Source of the DNA: an uncultured Draconibacterium sp.
GTDB lineage: Bacteria; Bacteroidota; Bacteroidia; Bacteroidales; FEN-979
Direction of reading: 5' to 3'
DNA: 48,438 nt
NCBI GenBank assembly: GCA_964590675.1
Contig: CAZPWZ010000002.1
Span: forward strand, 1 to 48,438
Below the pieces are notes generated by a model. The model had not been told where the DNA came from, made no database searches, and saw nothing but the letters and a program-made list of their open reading frames with translations. Positions 35,532 through 45,439 of this stretch are shown here, one piece after another. A program made the translations under genes and the position numbers. How positions within the stretch are numbered: position 1 is the stretch's first letter; every line of letters begins with the position of its first letter.

Positions 35532-36254
35532 ATGAAAAAGATCTTACCTCTTGTGATTCTTGCCATGATCCTGATCTCAGGTTCTGCATTCAGCCAGAAA
35601 CGCCTCTCATTCGGAGTAACCGGAAGCAGCATGTATACCGGTTTTACCACACAAAACCATTACGGACTTCCCGATATGGATTATAAGCCAACCTTCGGAT
35701 TTGCAGGCTGTGCCAATATCGGATTTGATTTCAATAAAAACCTCGGGCTGGTGCTTCAGGTGGGTTACTCAGGGCTCGGACAATCCTATGAAGATGTCAT
35801 AAAGGATACGAACTACACCCGCGATATCCGCATGAATTATCTTCAGATCCCCCTGATGTTCAAATTCCGCACCACCGGCGAAGTGATCCGGTTTTTTGTA
35901 ATGGCAGGCCCCCAGCTGAATTACCTGCTCTCCGCAAACCAGACCTACTATAAAAACGGGGTTATCCCTGAGGACGAGTTTTATAATCCATCCCTCAACA
36001 AGCCGGTAAAAATTGCCGAAGAGACCATCACCGACCGGTTCAATTCCATTGATATCATGGGCCGGCTGGATCTCGGGATTGAAATTTCCCTGATCAAGAG
36101 CCTCTATCTTAATACCGGGTTCAGCTTTGCTTACGGCTTTACCGATATCAATGCAAGTGACTGGCAGATAGAGGACAGCGACGGGAATTACAATCCTTCA
36201 CATAATTTTTTCGGCGGATTCCATGTAGGGATCAACTACTGCTTTGATTTATAG
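35532..36254 (+). CDS. Outer membrane beta-barrel protein (PorT/OMP_b-brl_2-like)
   Basis: 240 aa. Signal peptide MKKILPLVILAMILISGSAFSQ. Alternating beta-strand pattern. C-terminal aromatic-rich FFGGFHVGINYCFDL. Confidence 0.82.
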   Translation: MKKILPLVILAMILISGSAFSQKRLSFGVTGSSMYTGFTTQNHYGLPDMDYKPTFGFAGCANIGFDFNKNLGLVLQVGYSGLGQSYEDVIKDTNYTRDIRMNYLQIPLMFKFRTTGEVIRFFVMAGPQLNYLLSANQTYYKNGVIPEDEFYNPSLNKPVKIAEETITDRFNSIDIMGRLDLGIEISLIKSLYLNTGFSFAYGFTDINASDWQIEDSDGNYNPSHNFFGGFHVGINYCFDL

Positions 36255-36309
36255 GATTGCCTGATTCGTTCCGGCATCATTGGTAAAACGATGCTTCGTG
36301 TTTTAATCC

Positions 36310-37155
36310 ATGCCGGTCAGTGAAATTAAAATAACGGACAAGTTCGGGCAGCAGTTTTTTGCCACCGAATGGAGTCCGGCCGGAGACTCCCGGGGCTTGA
36401 TCGTCCTAATCCATGGATTAAGTGATCACGCCGGAAGGTATCATCATGCCGGATCTTTTTTCTCATCATCCGGTTATCACTTAATCATTTTTGACCTTCG
36501 CGGGAACGGCCGGTCTTTTGGGAAAAGGGGTCATTTCCCCTCTCTGAACATAATCCTGGATGATATCAGCCTGTTCCTGGAAGAGGCAAAAAAACGACAT
36601 CCGGATTTGCCCCTGGTTTTATATGGCCACAGTATGGGAGGAAATCTTGTCCTGAATTACCTCATCAGGAAAATGCCAGCCATTGCCGGGGCTGTGGTCA
36701 CAAGTCCGTGGTTGAGACTGACCCTGAAACCTCCGGCTTACAAGTTTTTACTGGCAAGGATGATCAATCGCACCTTCCCTGCACTGACCCTTCCCGATGA
36801 AATAGTTCCTGCCTGCCTGAGTCATGACAAAGAGGTTGAAAGAAGTTATGCTGTCGATCCGCTTGTACATCACCGCATTTCGGTAAGGGCCTTCATCGAA
36901 ATTTCCCTGGCGGGAGAATATGCACTCAAACATGCCGGCAAGATCGGCTGTCCGTTACTACTGATGCACGGAGCTGAAGATTCTCTCACTTCGTTTGCTG
37001 CAAGCCAGGAATTGTCGCAGAAAGTCATTGGCAGGCATACTTTTAAAGCCTGGGAAGGCCTGTTCCATGAGCTTCACAATGAACCTGAAAAAGAAGCCGT
37101 TCTTGGTTTCATTCAGGAATGGATCGACAATCTGCTGTTATCGAAACCGAAATAA
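36310..37155 (+). CDS. Alpha/beta hydrolase (lysophospholipase/monoacylglycerol-lipase-like)
   Basis: 281 aa. LIHGLSDHAGRYHH, nucleophile elbow GHSMGG. C-terminal LLMHGAEDSLT...FHELHNEP supplies the Asp and His of the triad. Confidence 0.9.
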   Translation: MPVSEIKITDKFGQQFFATEWSPAGDSRGLIVLIHGLSDHAGRYHHAGSFFSSSGYHLIIFDLRGNGRSFGKRGHFPSLNIILDDISLFLEEAKKRHPDLPLVLYGHSMGGNLVLNYLIRKMPAIAGAVVTSPWLRLTLKPPAYKFLLARMINRTFPALTLPDEIVPACLSHDKEVERSYAVDPLVHHRISVRAFIEISLAGEYALKHAGKIGCPLLLMHGAEDSLTSFAASQELSQKVIGRHTFKAWEGLFHELHNEPEKEAVLGFIQEWIDNLLLSKPK

Positions 37156-37309
37156 AATCTATCATTCGCACAGATCAAAAAAGCTAAAACCTCGACACGA
37201 TGGCGCCAGGCTGGTGTTGTTGTTAATTCCTTCGGCATCAGGAAAAAACAGCAATCCTTGATGAGAGAAAACATTTCCCGCCTTGTGTTGAATTACTGGT
37301 TTATTTGTG

Positions 37310-37317
37310 TAAGTTTG
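37310..37317 (+). promoter_or_regulatory. Candidate -7 promoter box (TAAGTTTG) of the giant surface protein gene
   Basis: Exact TAnnTTTG, 57 nt upstream of ATG 37374. Confidence 0.3.
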
Positions 37318-37373
37318 AGATTGGTAATGTTTTCATAGCATTGCCCTGCTCCTGATCGATATTATCAGCCAAC

Positions 37374-40300
37374 ATGCCTTTAAACCCATTTATCATGAAA
37401 AACATTTTTGGTTTATTGCTTTCTGCCCTGGTGTCTTTTACATCATTCGGGCAGCCTCTTACCGGAATAAAAACAGTTCCCGGTGATTACGCAACCATTG
37501 CAGCCGCTATTGCAGCGCTCAATGCAAGCGGTGTTGGCACCGGAGGGGTAACTTTCAATGTTACAGCCGGTCATACAGAAACCTTTGCCACATTAACTGC
37601 AGGAGTAATCTCAACAACCAGCGGGTCGTTTTCGAACCCCATCGTTTTTCAAAAGTCTGGTAACGGGGCCAATCCGTTAATCACTGCAGCAGTCGTTTCA
37701 ACGACTTCGGGCACCGATGGCATTATCAAATTTGCAGGTTGCGACCATGTAACCTTCGATGCAATTAACCTCCAGGAAAATGCGGCCAATGTCTTCCCTA
37801 ACTCAACCGATTGGGGATATGCCATCCTGAAAGAATCGGGAACAAACGGATCCCAATATATCACGATTAAAAATTGCACAGTTACGCTTAACAAGGTTAA
37901 CTCCTTGTCTGTTGGAGTTTACCTTGCAAATCATACTGCAACTTCCACATCCTCGCTAACAGTCACAAATGTCTCCGGAACCAATTCCAACGAAAAAATA
38001 TATAGTAATTCCATCTCCAATGCATACAAGGGAATCTCATTGAACGGGTATTCAAGCGCTGCTCCTTATGCATATTACGATCAGAGCAATGAAATCGGCA
38101 AGGATGGAGCCAATACAATTACCAACTTTGGAGGAGGCAGTAATGCTGCACCGGGAATTTATGCCATTTACCAGAATGGCCTTTCCATTGCCAACAATTC
38201 CATTACAGGTGGAAACGGAACAACAACTAATGTTTATGGTATCTGGACCTCCACGGGCATAAATTCAAATCTTGATATAATTGGAAATACGATAACCCTT
38301 GTTTCAGCTTCTACGGTAACCACCCTATACGGGATCAACAATGAAATGGGTGGCAGCGGAACAAACAATACAGTCAGTATAAATAACAACACGATCACAA
38401 ATTGTTCATATCCTACTGCCACATCAGCGCCATTTTACCTGCTATATCAGCAATCGGGCGCTTACAATTTTAATTGTTACGGAAATAACATTACCAATAA
38501 CACCCTGGGTGCGGCAGGAACTTCAGCAATCGGTCCGTTTGGTGCGATATATACAACCGGCAGCAATACCTTGGCTGGAAGTGTCTGGAATATCAACAAT
38601 AACACAATCTCCGGGAATAATCGTGTGCAGTCGGCCATTGGCGGAGGATTAAACTATTACATTTATAGCGGAAGCTCCGGTGTTACATTAAACATTTACG
38701 GGAACATCGTCGATAATAATACTGCTGCATCCAATGGCGTTACCGCAGGTATTTATATTTCCTCTTCGGCTTCTTACAGGTTTGTTCATTCAAATATCCT
38801 GAAAAATTTTCTGAATGCAAACGGAATCATTTACGGGATCTACAATGGTTCAGGTGTTTCAACGTACATTTTCAATAACAGGGTGGCCAATCTTAATGGT
38901 GTGGCTCCCGGGAGCCTGGTTTATGGCGTTTACATTCATTCAGGATCATATAACCATGTGTATAATAACCTGATTTCAGAATTATTTTCACCGGCGGCAT
39001 TCAATCCCATTGCTGCTGCCGGGATATATATCAACGGAGGTAGTTCCGGCACCCTCTCCTTTAACACGATCTATCTTGATGCTGCCAGTACCGAAGGCTC
39101 TTTCGGCACGGCAGGGATCTTTGCATCAACTAGCCCGACAATGAACCTGCGCAGCAATATAGTTGTCAACAACTCCATTCCCGGTTCTGCAGGGTTAACA
39201 GTTGCATACCGCAGAAGCAATACCAATTTATGGACCTATGATTACGCATCGGACCATAACGATTTTTATGCCGGCATTCCGGGACCCGGCAACCTGATCT
39301 TTTATGACGGCTTCAATGCCGATCAAACCCTTGCAGATTTCAAATCGAGGGTGGCGCCAATGGATGCTAACTCATTTACAGAGAATCCTCCATTCATAAA
39401 TAAAACGACCTCCCCTTACGACCTGCACCTCAGCACAACCATACAAACGCAGTGCGAGAGTGGCGGGATGATTGTATCCAATCCTATTCCGATCATTACG
39501 GATATTGACGATGACCCCCGTTACCCTGAACCGGGATATCCGGATAACGCCGCTTCACCTGCATTTGCCCCCGACTGCGGCGCTGATGAATTTGACGGAT
39601 TGTTTCTGGATCTGTTTCCTCCGGTAATCACCTACAACCCCCTTCCCAATTCCTTAACGCCGGGTGAGAGAACCCTCCATGCCACGATCACGGATTTTTC
39701 GGGTGTGCCGGTTGCAGGCACCGGATTGCCGGTAGTGTACTGGAAAATAAATGCAGGCAGTTGGAATGCCACTGCAGGAACCTTTCTTTCCGGGAATCTG
39801 TATGCTTTTTCTTTTGGAGCAGGTACCGCAGTCAATGATGTTGTTTCCTATTATATCACTGCGCAGGATGCCTTTTCCACCCCGAATGTTACCTCCTGTC
39901 CGCTGGATGGTGCAGCCGGTTTTACGTTCAACCCTCCTGCCTGCGCAACACCCCCGTCAACTCCCAATACCTATTCGATCATAACTCCTATGTCAGGTTT
40001 AGTAACCGTTGGAATTGGAGGAGATTACACATCCCTGACCAGCGTCGGGGGACTTTTTGAAGCGATCAACCTTGGCGCCCTCTCCGGAAACCTGACAGTC
40101 AATGTCATTTCTGATCTTACCGAGGATGGTACCCATGGACTTAATGAATGGATTGAGACCGATCCTGGCGGATATACACTTACAATCAAATCCGATGCTG
40201 CTGTAAACCGTGATATCACCGGTTCTTATGCCGAAGGGCTCATCCGGATCAATGGCGCCGACAGGGTGACATTCGACGGAAGCATCCAAGGAACAGGCAG

Positions 40301-43070
40301 ATACCTTTCCATCTTTAACCTTGGTCCGAACAGTTCTTATAATGTCATTGAATTCCAGGATGGTTCCAACTACAATACAATAAAAAACTGTTTGATCTCC
40401 GGTAACACCAATGGAATGTCAACAGCCATCAGCGCCGATGGAGGCACTTCCGGTCTTGCAGGGTTCAGCAACAATATTTTCGACAACAATGTTTTGGAAT
40501 CCGTTGCCTATGGCGTTTATATATGGGGGCAAGCGGGCGATCCCGCCACAGACAACCAGGTTACAAACAATACCATCGGGTCAATGATTATTGACAGGCA
40601 TGTCAGCTTTCAGGGAGTTTCCATCGGGGAGGCTGACAATACCCTGATCCAGGGTAATGAAATCATCGGGCATGCCACTGTCGACGGCCCTAATTGGCAG
40701 GTGGGCGTCTATCTGTACCAGGGTTCGGTTAATAGCAAAGTCAGGAAAAACAAGATCCATGATTTTTATTATGACGGATCAGGTGGATTTGGCGTCCAGG
40801 GAATCCGGTTCGCAGGAGACGCAACTTCACTGACTGAGATCAGCAACAATGTCATCTATTCATTCAGGAGTGATGGAGATAACAGTTCTCTTGATTACAT
40901 CCCCTCAGGAATCTATATTGAAAGCGGGGGTAATTGCCGGATCGTGTATAATTCCATTTACCTTTACGGAGCCTCCCTCACAGACGATTATGACGGGTTC
41001 AGCACAGGCATCGCGATCAATAACGGAGTTACATTACTTGATATCCGGAACAACGTTATCCACAATTCCATGTCGGCTGCCTATGGAACCACCAGTAAAA
41101 CCTATGCCATTTATTGCCTCTCTCCCAATTCGGCGTTTACGTATATCAACAACAACGATTACTTCGTTAATGGGATCACTCCGAATATCGGGTTTTTAGG
41201 CATCGACAGGTCATCATTAGCCTCGTGGAGCGCTGCAACAATGCAGGATCTGTTATCAAAAAATTCGAACCCGTTATTTGTATCCCTTACCGACCTGCAC
41301 CCCATGTCGCTCGACCTCTATAATTCAGCGGTCCCGATACCGGGCATTACAGATGATTATTCCGGGATTACCCGGGTTGGTCTTGCGATTTTGAATCAGC
41401 CGACCATCGGAGCATACGAAGTACCTCAAATTTCCGGAGGGGGTATCACCAATCTGACATTAACCAGTGCAACCCTCCATGGCACCATCAATGCCTGCGG
41501 ATATTACACGGTGATCAATCCGACCTTTGAATATGGCCTCACTACTACCTATACCCATGTTGCGGCCGCTTTGCCGGCTACAATTACCGGATCAGGAAAC
41601 ACCCCGGTTACTGCAGGCATTTCAGGACTTCTGCCTAACATGACCTATCATTACCGGTTGAATGCAAGCTGGGGAGGTAATAGTATCATAGGGTTGGATA
41701 ATACATTTACAACATCAACCGACCTGCCAACCGTTATTACCGATCCTGCCGCATCGATAACGCAATCATCTGCCATGCTGCATGGCACGGTGAATGCAAA
41801 CGGCAATTCAACAACGGCAACATTTGAATTCGGAACATCCACTGCCTACGGGCAAACATTCACCGCCACAACAAGTCCCGTAACAGGTAATGCCAATACA
41901 CCCGTGAGTTATAGCGCCGGTGGACTCCTGCCAAACACCGCTTACCATTTCAGGGCTGTCGGCACAAATGCAAATGGCATAACCTACGGACTTGACCAGG
42001 TTTTTGAGCTTTTGCCCACTCCGGCAATCACGGGCCCGGCAAATGTCTGCCAAGGTTCTTCAGGAAATGTTTACACTACTGAAGCAGGTAAAACAAATTA
42101 TACATGGATTGTTTCTGCCGGTGGCAACATCACTTCGGGGGGCGGTTCCACCGACAATACCGCGACCATAACGTGGATGAGTCCGGGAGATCAGACTGTG
42201 AGTGTGAATTATCAGAATTCGGGAGGTAACCCTGCTCCTGTTCCAACAGTTTATCCTGTGACTGTTAATCCACTTCCGGGCATTGCTGGCGCGATTTCCG
42301 GACCCTCCACTGTAATGCAAGGTCAAGCCGGTGTGATTTTTTCAGTCGCTGCTATTACCAATGCATCAGGGTATATCTGGTCTTTACCAGCTGGTGCATC
42401 CATCACGGCAGGGGATAACAGCAACAGCATCACCGTATCCTTTTCGGGCTCGACAGTTTCGGGTATTATCACAGTTTTCGGCACGAATTCATGCGGGAAT
42501 GGCATGGTATCTTCGAATTTTAACGTGACTGTTGAATCAGCTGTTCCCGAAAATCTTTCGGTTACAGGCCTTGTCTCAGGTCCGGCATGCTACAATGCAA
42601 CCAACACGATTATTGTGGCTGGTACAGGCACAACATTTACTGTTCAAAGCGGTGGCCAGGCAGAAATGATCGCAGGGGCTGCAATTCTTTACAAACCGGG
42701 GACAACGGTTCAATCTGGAGGTTATATGTGGGGCCACATTGCGCCTGCCGGACCATGGTGTATCACACCCACGGTTCCGTCAGTCGCATTGGATGTTTCG
42801 GGTAAAAAAGAGGGGCTGGAAATTGCAGCCCAAAGCTTCCAGAAAATTTATCCAAACCCAACTTCCGGTGAATTCATCCTTGAACTAACGGGTAATATTT
42901 TCATGGCTACTGTATCAATTTATGGAATTATGGGAGAAAAGATTCTTACCAGGGAAATTTCCGGGGATGAAAATCATAAATTTTCGCTGTCAGACAGGCC
43001 ATCAGGAATCTATTTTATTCGTGCCGAGGCGGGCGCTAAGGCTGAAACTGTGAAAATCATTAAACAATAG
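37374..43070 (+). CDS. Giant T9SS-secreted surface protein: parallel beta-helix repeats, two FN3-like repeats, two PKD-like domains, T9SS C-terminal sorting domain
   Basis: 1898 aa. Signal peptide MKNIFGLLLSALVSFTSFGQ (alternative start 37395). Many NNxI/GIY beta-helix-type repeats. Tandem ~95-aa repeats (ATLHGTINACGYYTV...YHYRL and AMLHGTVNANGNSTTATFEFGTSTAYG...YHFRA). Cys-containing PKD-like modules. CTD KIYPNPTSGEFILEL...PSGIYFIRAEAG...VKIIKQ. Confidence 0.9.
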   Translation: MPLNPFIMKNIFGLLLSALVSFTSFGQPLTGIKTVPGDYATIAAAIAALNASGVGTGGVTFNVTAGHTETFATLTAGVISTTSGSFSNPIVFQKSGNGANPLITAAVVSTTSGTDGIIKFAGCDHVTFDAINLQENAANVFPNSTDWGYAILKESGTNGSQYITIKNCTVTLNKVNSLSVGVYLANHTATSTSSLTVTNVSGTNSNEKIYSNSISNAYKGISLNGYSSAAPYAYYDQSNEIGKDGANTITNFGGGSNAAPGIYAIYQNGLSIANNSITGGNGTTTNVYGIWTSTGINSNLDIIGNTITLVSASTVTTLYGINNEMGGSGTNNTVSINNNTITNCSYPTATSAPFYLLYQQSGAYNFNCYGNNITNNTLGAAGTSAIGPFGAIYTTGSNTLAGSVWNINNNTISGNNRVQSAIGGGLNYYIYSGSSGVTLNIYGNIVDNNTAASNGVTAGIYISSSASYRFVHSNILKNFLNANGIIYGIYNGSGVSTYIFNNRVANLNGVAPGSLVYGVYIHSGSYNHVYNNLISELFSPAAFNPIAAAGIYINGGSSGTLSFNTIYLDAASTEGSFGTAGIFASTSPTMNLRSNIVVNNSIPGSAGLTVAYRRSNTNLWTYDYASDHNDFYAGIPGPGNLIFYDGFNADQTLADFKSRVAPMDANSFTENPPFINKTTSPYDLHLSTTIQTQCESGGMIVSNPIPIITDIDDDPRYPEPGYPDNAASPAFAPDCGADEFDGLFLDLFPPVITYNPLPNSLTPGERTLHATITDFSGVPVAGTGLPVVYWKINAGSWNATAGTFLSGNLYAFSFGAGTAVNDVVSYYITAQDAFSTPNVTSCPLDGAAGFTFNPPACATPPSTPNTYSIITPMSGLVTVGIGGDYTSLTSVGGLFEAINLGALSGNLTVNVISDLTEDGTHGLNEWIETDPGGYTLTIKSDAAVNRDITGSYAEGLIRINGADRVTFDGSIQGTGRYLSIFNLGPNSSYNVIEFQDGSNYNTIKNCLISGNTNGMSTAISADGGTSGLAGFSNNIFDNNVLESVAYGVYIWGQAGDPATDNQVTNNTIGSMIIDRHVSFQGVSIGEADNTLIQGNEIIGHATVDGPNWQVGVYLYQGSVNSKVRKNKIHDFYYDGSGGFGVQGIRFAGDATSLTEISNNVIYSFRSDGDNSSLDYIPSGIYIESGGNCRIVYNSIYLYGASLTDDYDGFSTGIAINNGVTLLDIRNNVIHNSMSAAYGTTSKTYAIYCLSPNSAFTYINNNDYFVNGITPNIGFLGIDRSSLASWSAATMQDLLSKNSNPLFVSLTDLHPMSLDLYNSAVPIPGITDDYSGITRVGLAILNQPTIGAYEVPQISGGGITNLTLTSATLHGTINACGYYTVINPTFEYGLTTTYTHVAAALPATITGSGNTPVTAGISGLLPNMTYHYRLNASWGGNSIIGLDNTFTTSTDLPTVITDPAASITQSSAMLHGTVNANGNSTTATFEFGTSTAYGQTFTATTSPVTGNANTPVSYSAGGLLPNTAYHFRAVGTNANGITYGLDQVFELLPTPAITGPANVCQGSSGNVYTTEAGKTNYTWIVSAGGNITSGGGSTDNTATITWMSPGDQTVSVNYQNSGGNPAPVPTVYPVTVNPLPGIAGAISGPSTVMQGQAGVIFSVAAITNASGYIWSLPAGASITAGDNSNSITVSFSGSTVSGIITVFGTNSCGNGMVSSNFNVTVESAVPENLSVTGLVSGPACYNATNTIIVAGTGTTFTVQSGGQAEMIAGAAILYKPGTTVQSGGYMWGHIAPAGPWCITPTVPSVALDVSGKKEGLEIAAQSFQKIYPNPTSGEFILELTGNIFMATVSIYGIMGEKILTREISGDENHKFSLSDRPSGIYFIRAEAGAKAETVKIIKQ

Positions 43071-43082
43071 AGAATGGAGAAT

Positions 43083-43206
43083 GATCAGGCCGGTCACATT
43101 GACAACCTTTCACCGATTTTCGCCGACCACTTCATCCTTTTAACAATTAATGAATTGGGGTGAACAATTTATATCGGCCTGAAGTGGGTATAACCATCGG
43201 CTTATC
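43083..43206 (+). repeat. ~124-bp TIR-bounded intergenic repeat, copy F (full length, divergent)
   Basis: GATCAGGCCGGTCACATTGAC...CCGATTTTCGCCGACCACTTCA...TTAACAATTAATGA...CAATTTATATCGGCC...CCATCGGCTTATCC. Collinear with the reverse complement of copy A. Begins 13 nt after the giant gene's stop. Confidence 0.7.
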
Positions 43207-43271
43207 CAATAAAAGTATTCAACCATGAAAAAAAACCACCCATGAATTTTTCATAAGTAGCTGATTTTCAG

Positions 43272-43346
43272 TGGGACGTGAGGGATTCGAACCCACGACC
43301 TCATGCGTGTGAAGCATGCGCTCTGAACCGACTGAGCTAACGTCCC
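43272..43346 (-). tRNA. tRNA-Val (anticodon CAC)
   Basis: Hand-folded 75-nt cloverleaf. Acceptor GGGACGT/ACGTCCC, D-arm GCTC/GAGC, anticodon arm CATGC-TTCACAC-GCATG, T-arm GTGGG-TTCGAAT-CCCTC (one U-U mismatch), discriminator A. Confidence 0.88.
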
Positions 43347-43355
43347 TATTGCAGG

Positions 43356-43363
43356 CAAATATA
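43356..43363 (-). promoter_or_regulatory. Candidate -7 promoter box of tRNA-Val
   Basis: Plus strand CAAATATA is TATATTTG on the minus strand, 10 nt upstream of the mature tRNA 5' end. Confidence 0.5.
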
Positions 43364-43411
43364 AGAAAAAGTGTTGAGCCCGCGGCCTGGGATCAAAAAT
43401 TCAAAAGGTGC

Positions 43412-43419
43412 TATCTTTG
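43412..43419 (+). promoter_or_regulatory. Candidate -7 promoter box (TATCTTTG) of the HD-hydrolase gene
   Basis: Exact TAnnTTTG, 54 nt upstream of ATG 43473. Confidence 0.4.
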
Positions 43420-43472
43420 GGATTGTAAAATCATGAATATTCCGTGTGAACATAAGACCAAATCATAAATAC

Positions 43473-44033
43473 ATGAAACTTGACCGTACTGCTGCACTTT
43501 CATTGCTTCACCAGCATGTAAAGAACGAAAAAATGATTTTCCACTGCCTTGCATCGGAGGCCGTGATGCGGGGTTTAGCCAGGAAACTGGGACGGGATGA
43601 GGAAAAATGGGGCCTTGCCGGTCTCCTGCATGACCTGGATGTGGAGGTAACCCACGCCGAACCGACCATCCATGGTACACAAACTGCCTCCTTACTGAAA
43701 GACTATGAAGTGGATCCCGAAATCCTCGACGCCATCAGCATGCATAACGATTGTTCATCCGGAAAGGAACGTTCCACCGAATTCCAATATGCCCTTGCTG
43801 CCGGCGAAACCATCACCGGGCTCATTTTTGCCACGACCTATGTATATCCGGAGAAAAAACTGGCGGCAGTGAAGCCAAAATCGGTGGTGAAAAGAATGAA
43901 GGAGAAGATGTTCGCAGCATCCGTCAAACGCGAAAATATCCTGGAATGCGAGAAAATCGGCATTCCGATTGATGAATTCGCAGCGATTTCCATTGCATCG
44001 ATGATGCCAGTTTCGGAGGAAATTGGATTATAA
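43473..44033 (+). CDS. HD-superfamily hydrolase (COG2316-like)
   Basis: Likely start MKLDRTAAL at 43473; the track start at 43446 is a GTG. HCLASEAVMRGLARKLG...WGLAGLLHDLDVE gives the H...HD motif. Confidence 0.85.
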   Translation: MKLDRTAALSLLHQHVKNEKMIFHCLASEAVMRGLARKLGRDEEKWGLAGLLHDLDVEVTHAEPTIHGTQTASLLKDYEVDPEILDAISMHNDCSSGKERSTEFQYALAAGETITGLIFATTYVYPEKKLAAVKPKSVVKRMKEKMFAASVKRENILECEKIGIPIDEFAAISIASMMPVSEEIGL

Positions 44034-44441
44034 CCTGTGATACAGATACTGTTCAACTGTTTCCAGCAGTTTTACCCTGTCGAGGGGCTTGGCAAAGAAC
44101 GCTGTGAATCCGGCCCCGAGAACCAGCTCCTGGTCATGCGGCATGGCAAAAGCTGATTCGGCAATGAAGAGCGATGAATGGTATATTTTCCACCGGTTGA
44201 TGATCTCGGCCTTCAGGGTAATGCCGGTCCAAGGTTGGGGCAGACTGATGTCAAAAATAAAAAGACTGATGAACTGGTCCTGCTGCAGCAGGCCCCCGAT
44301 TATCTCAAGCGCTTGATCGCCGTCACACGCCTGGAAAACATGGCATTTGTTCCGAAGCCATATGTTCAGGATGCTTGAGGTTGCAGCATCATCCTCAACT
44401 ATCAAAACCTTAGGCAGATTGTCCTCAGTTGCTGGTTCCAT
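44028..44441 (-). CDS. Stand-alone response regulator receiver domain protein
   Basis: 137 aa. KVLIVEDDAATS, phospho-acceptor context LFIFDISLP, conserved Lys in FFAKPL. No output domain. Confidence 0.85.
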   Translation of the reverse strand: MEPATEDNLPKVLIVEDDAATSSILNIWLRNKCHVFQACDGDQALEIIGGLLQQDQFISLFIFDISLPQPWTGITLKAEIINRWKIYHSSLFIAESAFAMPHDQELVLGAGFTAFFAKPLDRVKLLETVEQYLYHRL

Positions 44442-44593
44442 CGCTCGATTCAGTATTGTTATTCATCGCAGAGAACATGGTGTTCTTTTTCATTGAAACC
44501 ATAAGGGATTATCAACCTGCTAAATTAGCAATTAACCTTATAATTGACCTAGCAATTTGAAAAAAATTTCTGCCTGTTTTTAATTCTGTCCAA

Positions 44594-45439
44594 TTATTGT
44601 GAATAATGGTCGCGGATCTCCTGAAGTTGTTCACGGGTGAGTCCTTCCGGTTCCAGTCCGGCCGATTTGCACATGAAATAAATTTTTGCTGACTTGGCAA
44701 GGATATCAAGGATATCAAATGCCCCGGGCAATGTATTCCCGATGGCCATGCAACCATGTTTTTCCCAAATGATCGCCTGATGGTTGCCGAGTTCCCTGAT
44801 GGTTGCCATGGCAATCTTTTCGGTACCCGGAAGTGCATAGGGTATGAAGCCAGCCCCATTGGGTACGAACAGGATCGTTTCGGGATGCATTCCCCACAGC
44901 AATGCATTGATGGCAGTGGCTGTTTTGAACGCGGGCAGCTGGGTAAGTGCGATCAGTTCCGTGACATGGGCATGTAAAACGACCTTTTCCGTCGATTTTC
45001 GCTGTATCAGCATTTGCTGGATTGCCAGGTGGGTTGCCAGCTCGGAGGTTGGCCTGGCGGCGTTTTCACCATTGTCGTCTGCAATGATATGATATGCAGA
45101 CCCCGAATCGCTGATATAAACGAAACAGACGAATTCAGCAGGTGCTTTTGCCACGTCGCGCATCCGGGTACCCGTTGTACTGACCAGGAAAAGGGTACGC
45201 GCAAGGTCGGGGTATTCTTTCGCCAGGGGAAGGAATGGATAAGAAGAGAGCCGGTCGAGTTCTTTTTCATTGAAATATCCGGTAACATTGATGGAAAAAT
45301 TCCCGGCATTGCGTTCGGCCCAACCTTTTTCCCAAAGGTAACCGGCAATCCCGGCAATTTCGGTCATCACCGGTTTTAATTCCTTTTTCTGAAAAATATC
45401 ATTGGTAAAGTTCAACAGGTTGTCGATGTTTCCGATCAT
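44594..45439 (-). CDS. rhaD: Class II aldolase, rhamnulose-1-phosphate aldolase-like
   Basis: 281 aa. KGWAERNAGNFSINV, PTSELATHL and VVLHAHVTELIALT parallel the E. coli RhaD blocks KGWDERNGGNLTLRL, PTSELPAHF and VIMHCHATNLIALT (recalled from memory). The substrate assignment is inferred only. Confidence 0.78.
   Translation of the reverse strand: MIGNIDNLLNFTNDIFQKKELKPVMTEIAGIAGYLWEKGWAERNAGNFSINVTGYFNEKELDRLSSYPFLPLAKEYPDLARTLFLVSTTGTRMRDVAKAPAEFVCFVYISDSGSAYHIIADDNGENAARPTSELATHLAIQQMLIQRKSTEKVVLHAHVTELIALTQLPAFKTATAINALLWGMHPETILFVPNGAGFIPYALPGTEKIAMATIRELGNHQAIIWEKHGCMAIGNTLPGAFDILDILAKSAKIYFMCKSAGLEPEGLTREQLQEIRDHYSQ

Noticed and set aside
43207-43271. AT-rich hairpin (ATGAAAAA...TTTTTCAT) downstream of tRNA-Val as a terminator
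   Set aside because: The stem is purely A/T and alternative pairings are equally weak. It is not convincing as an intrinsic terminator.
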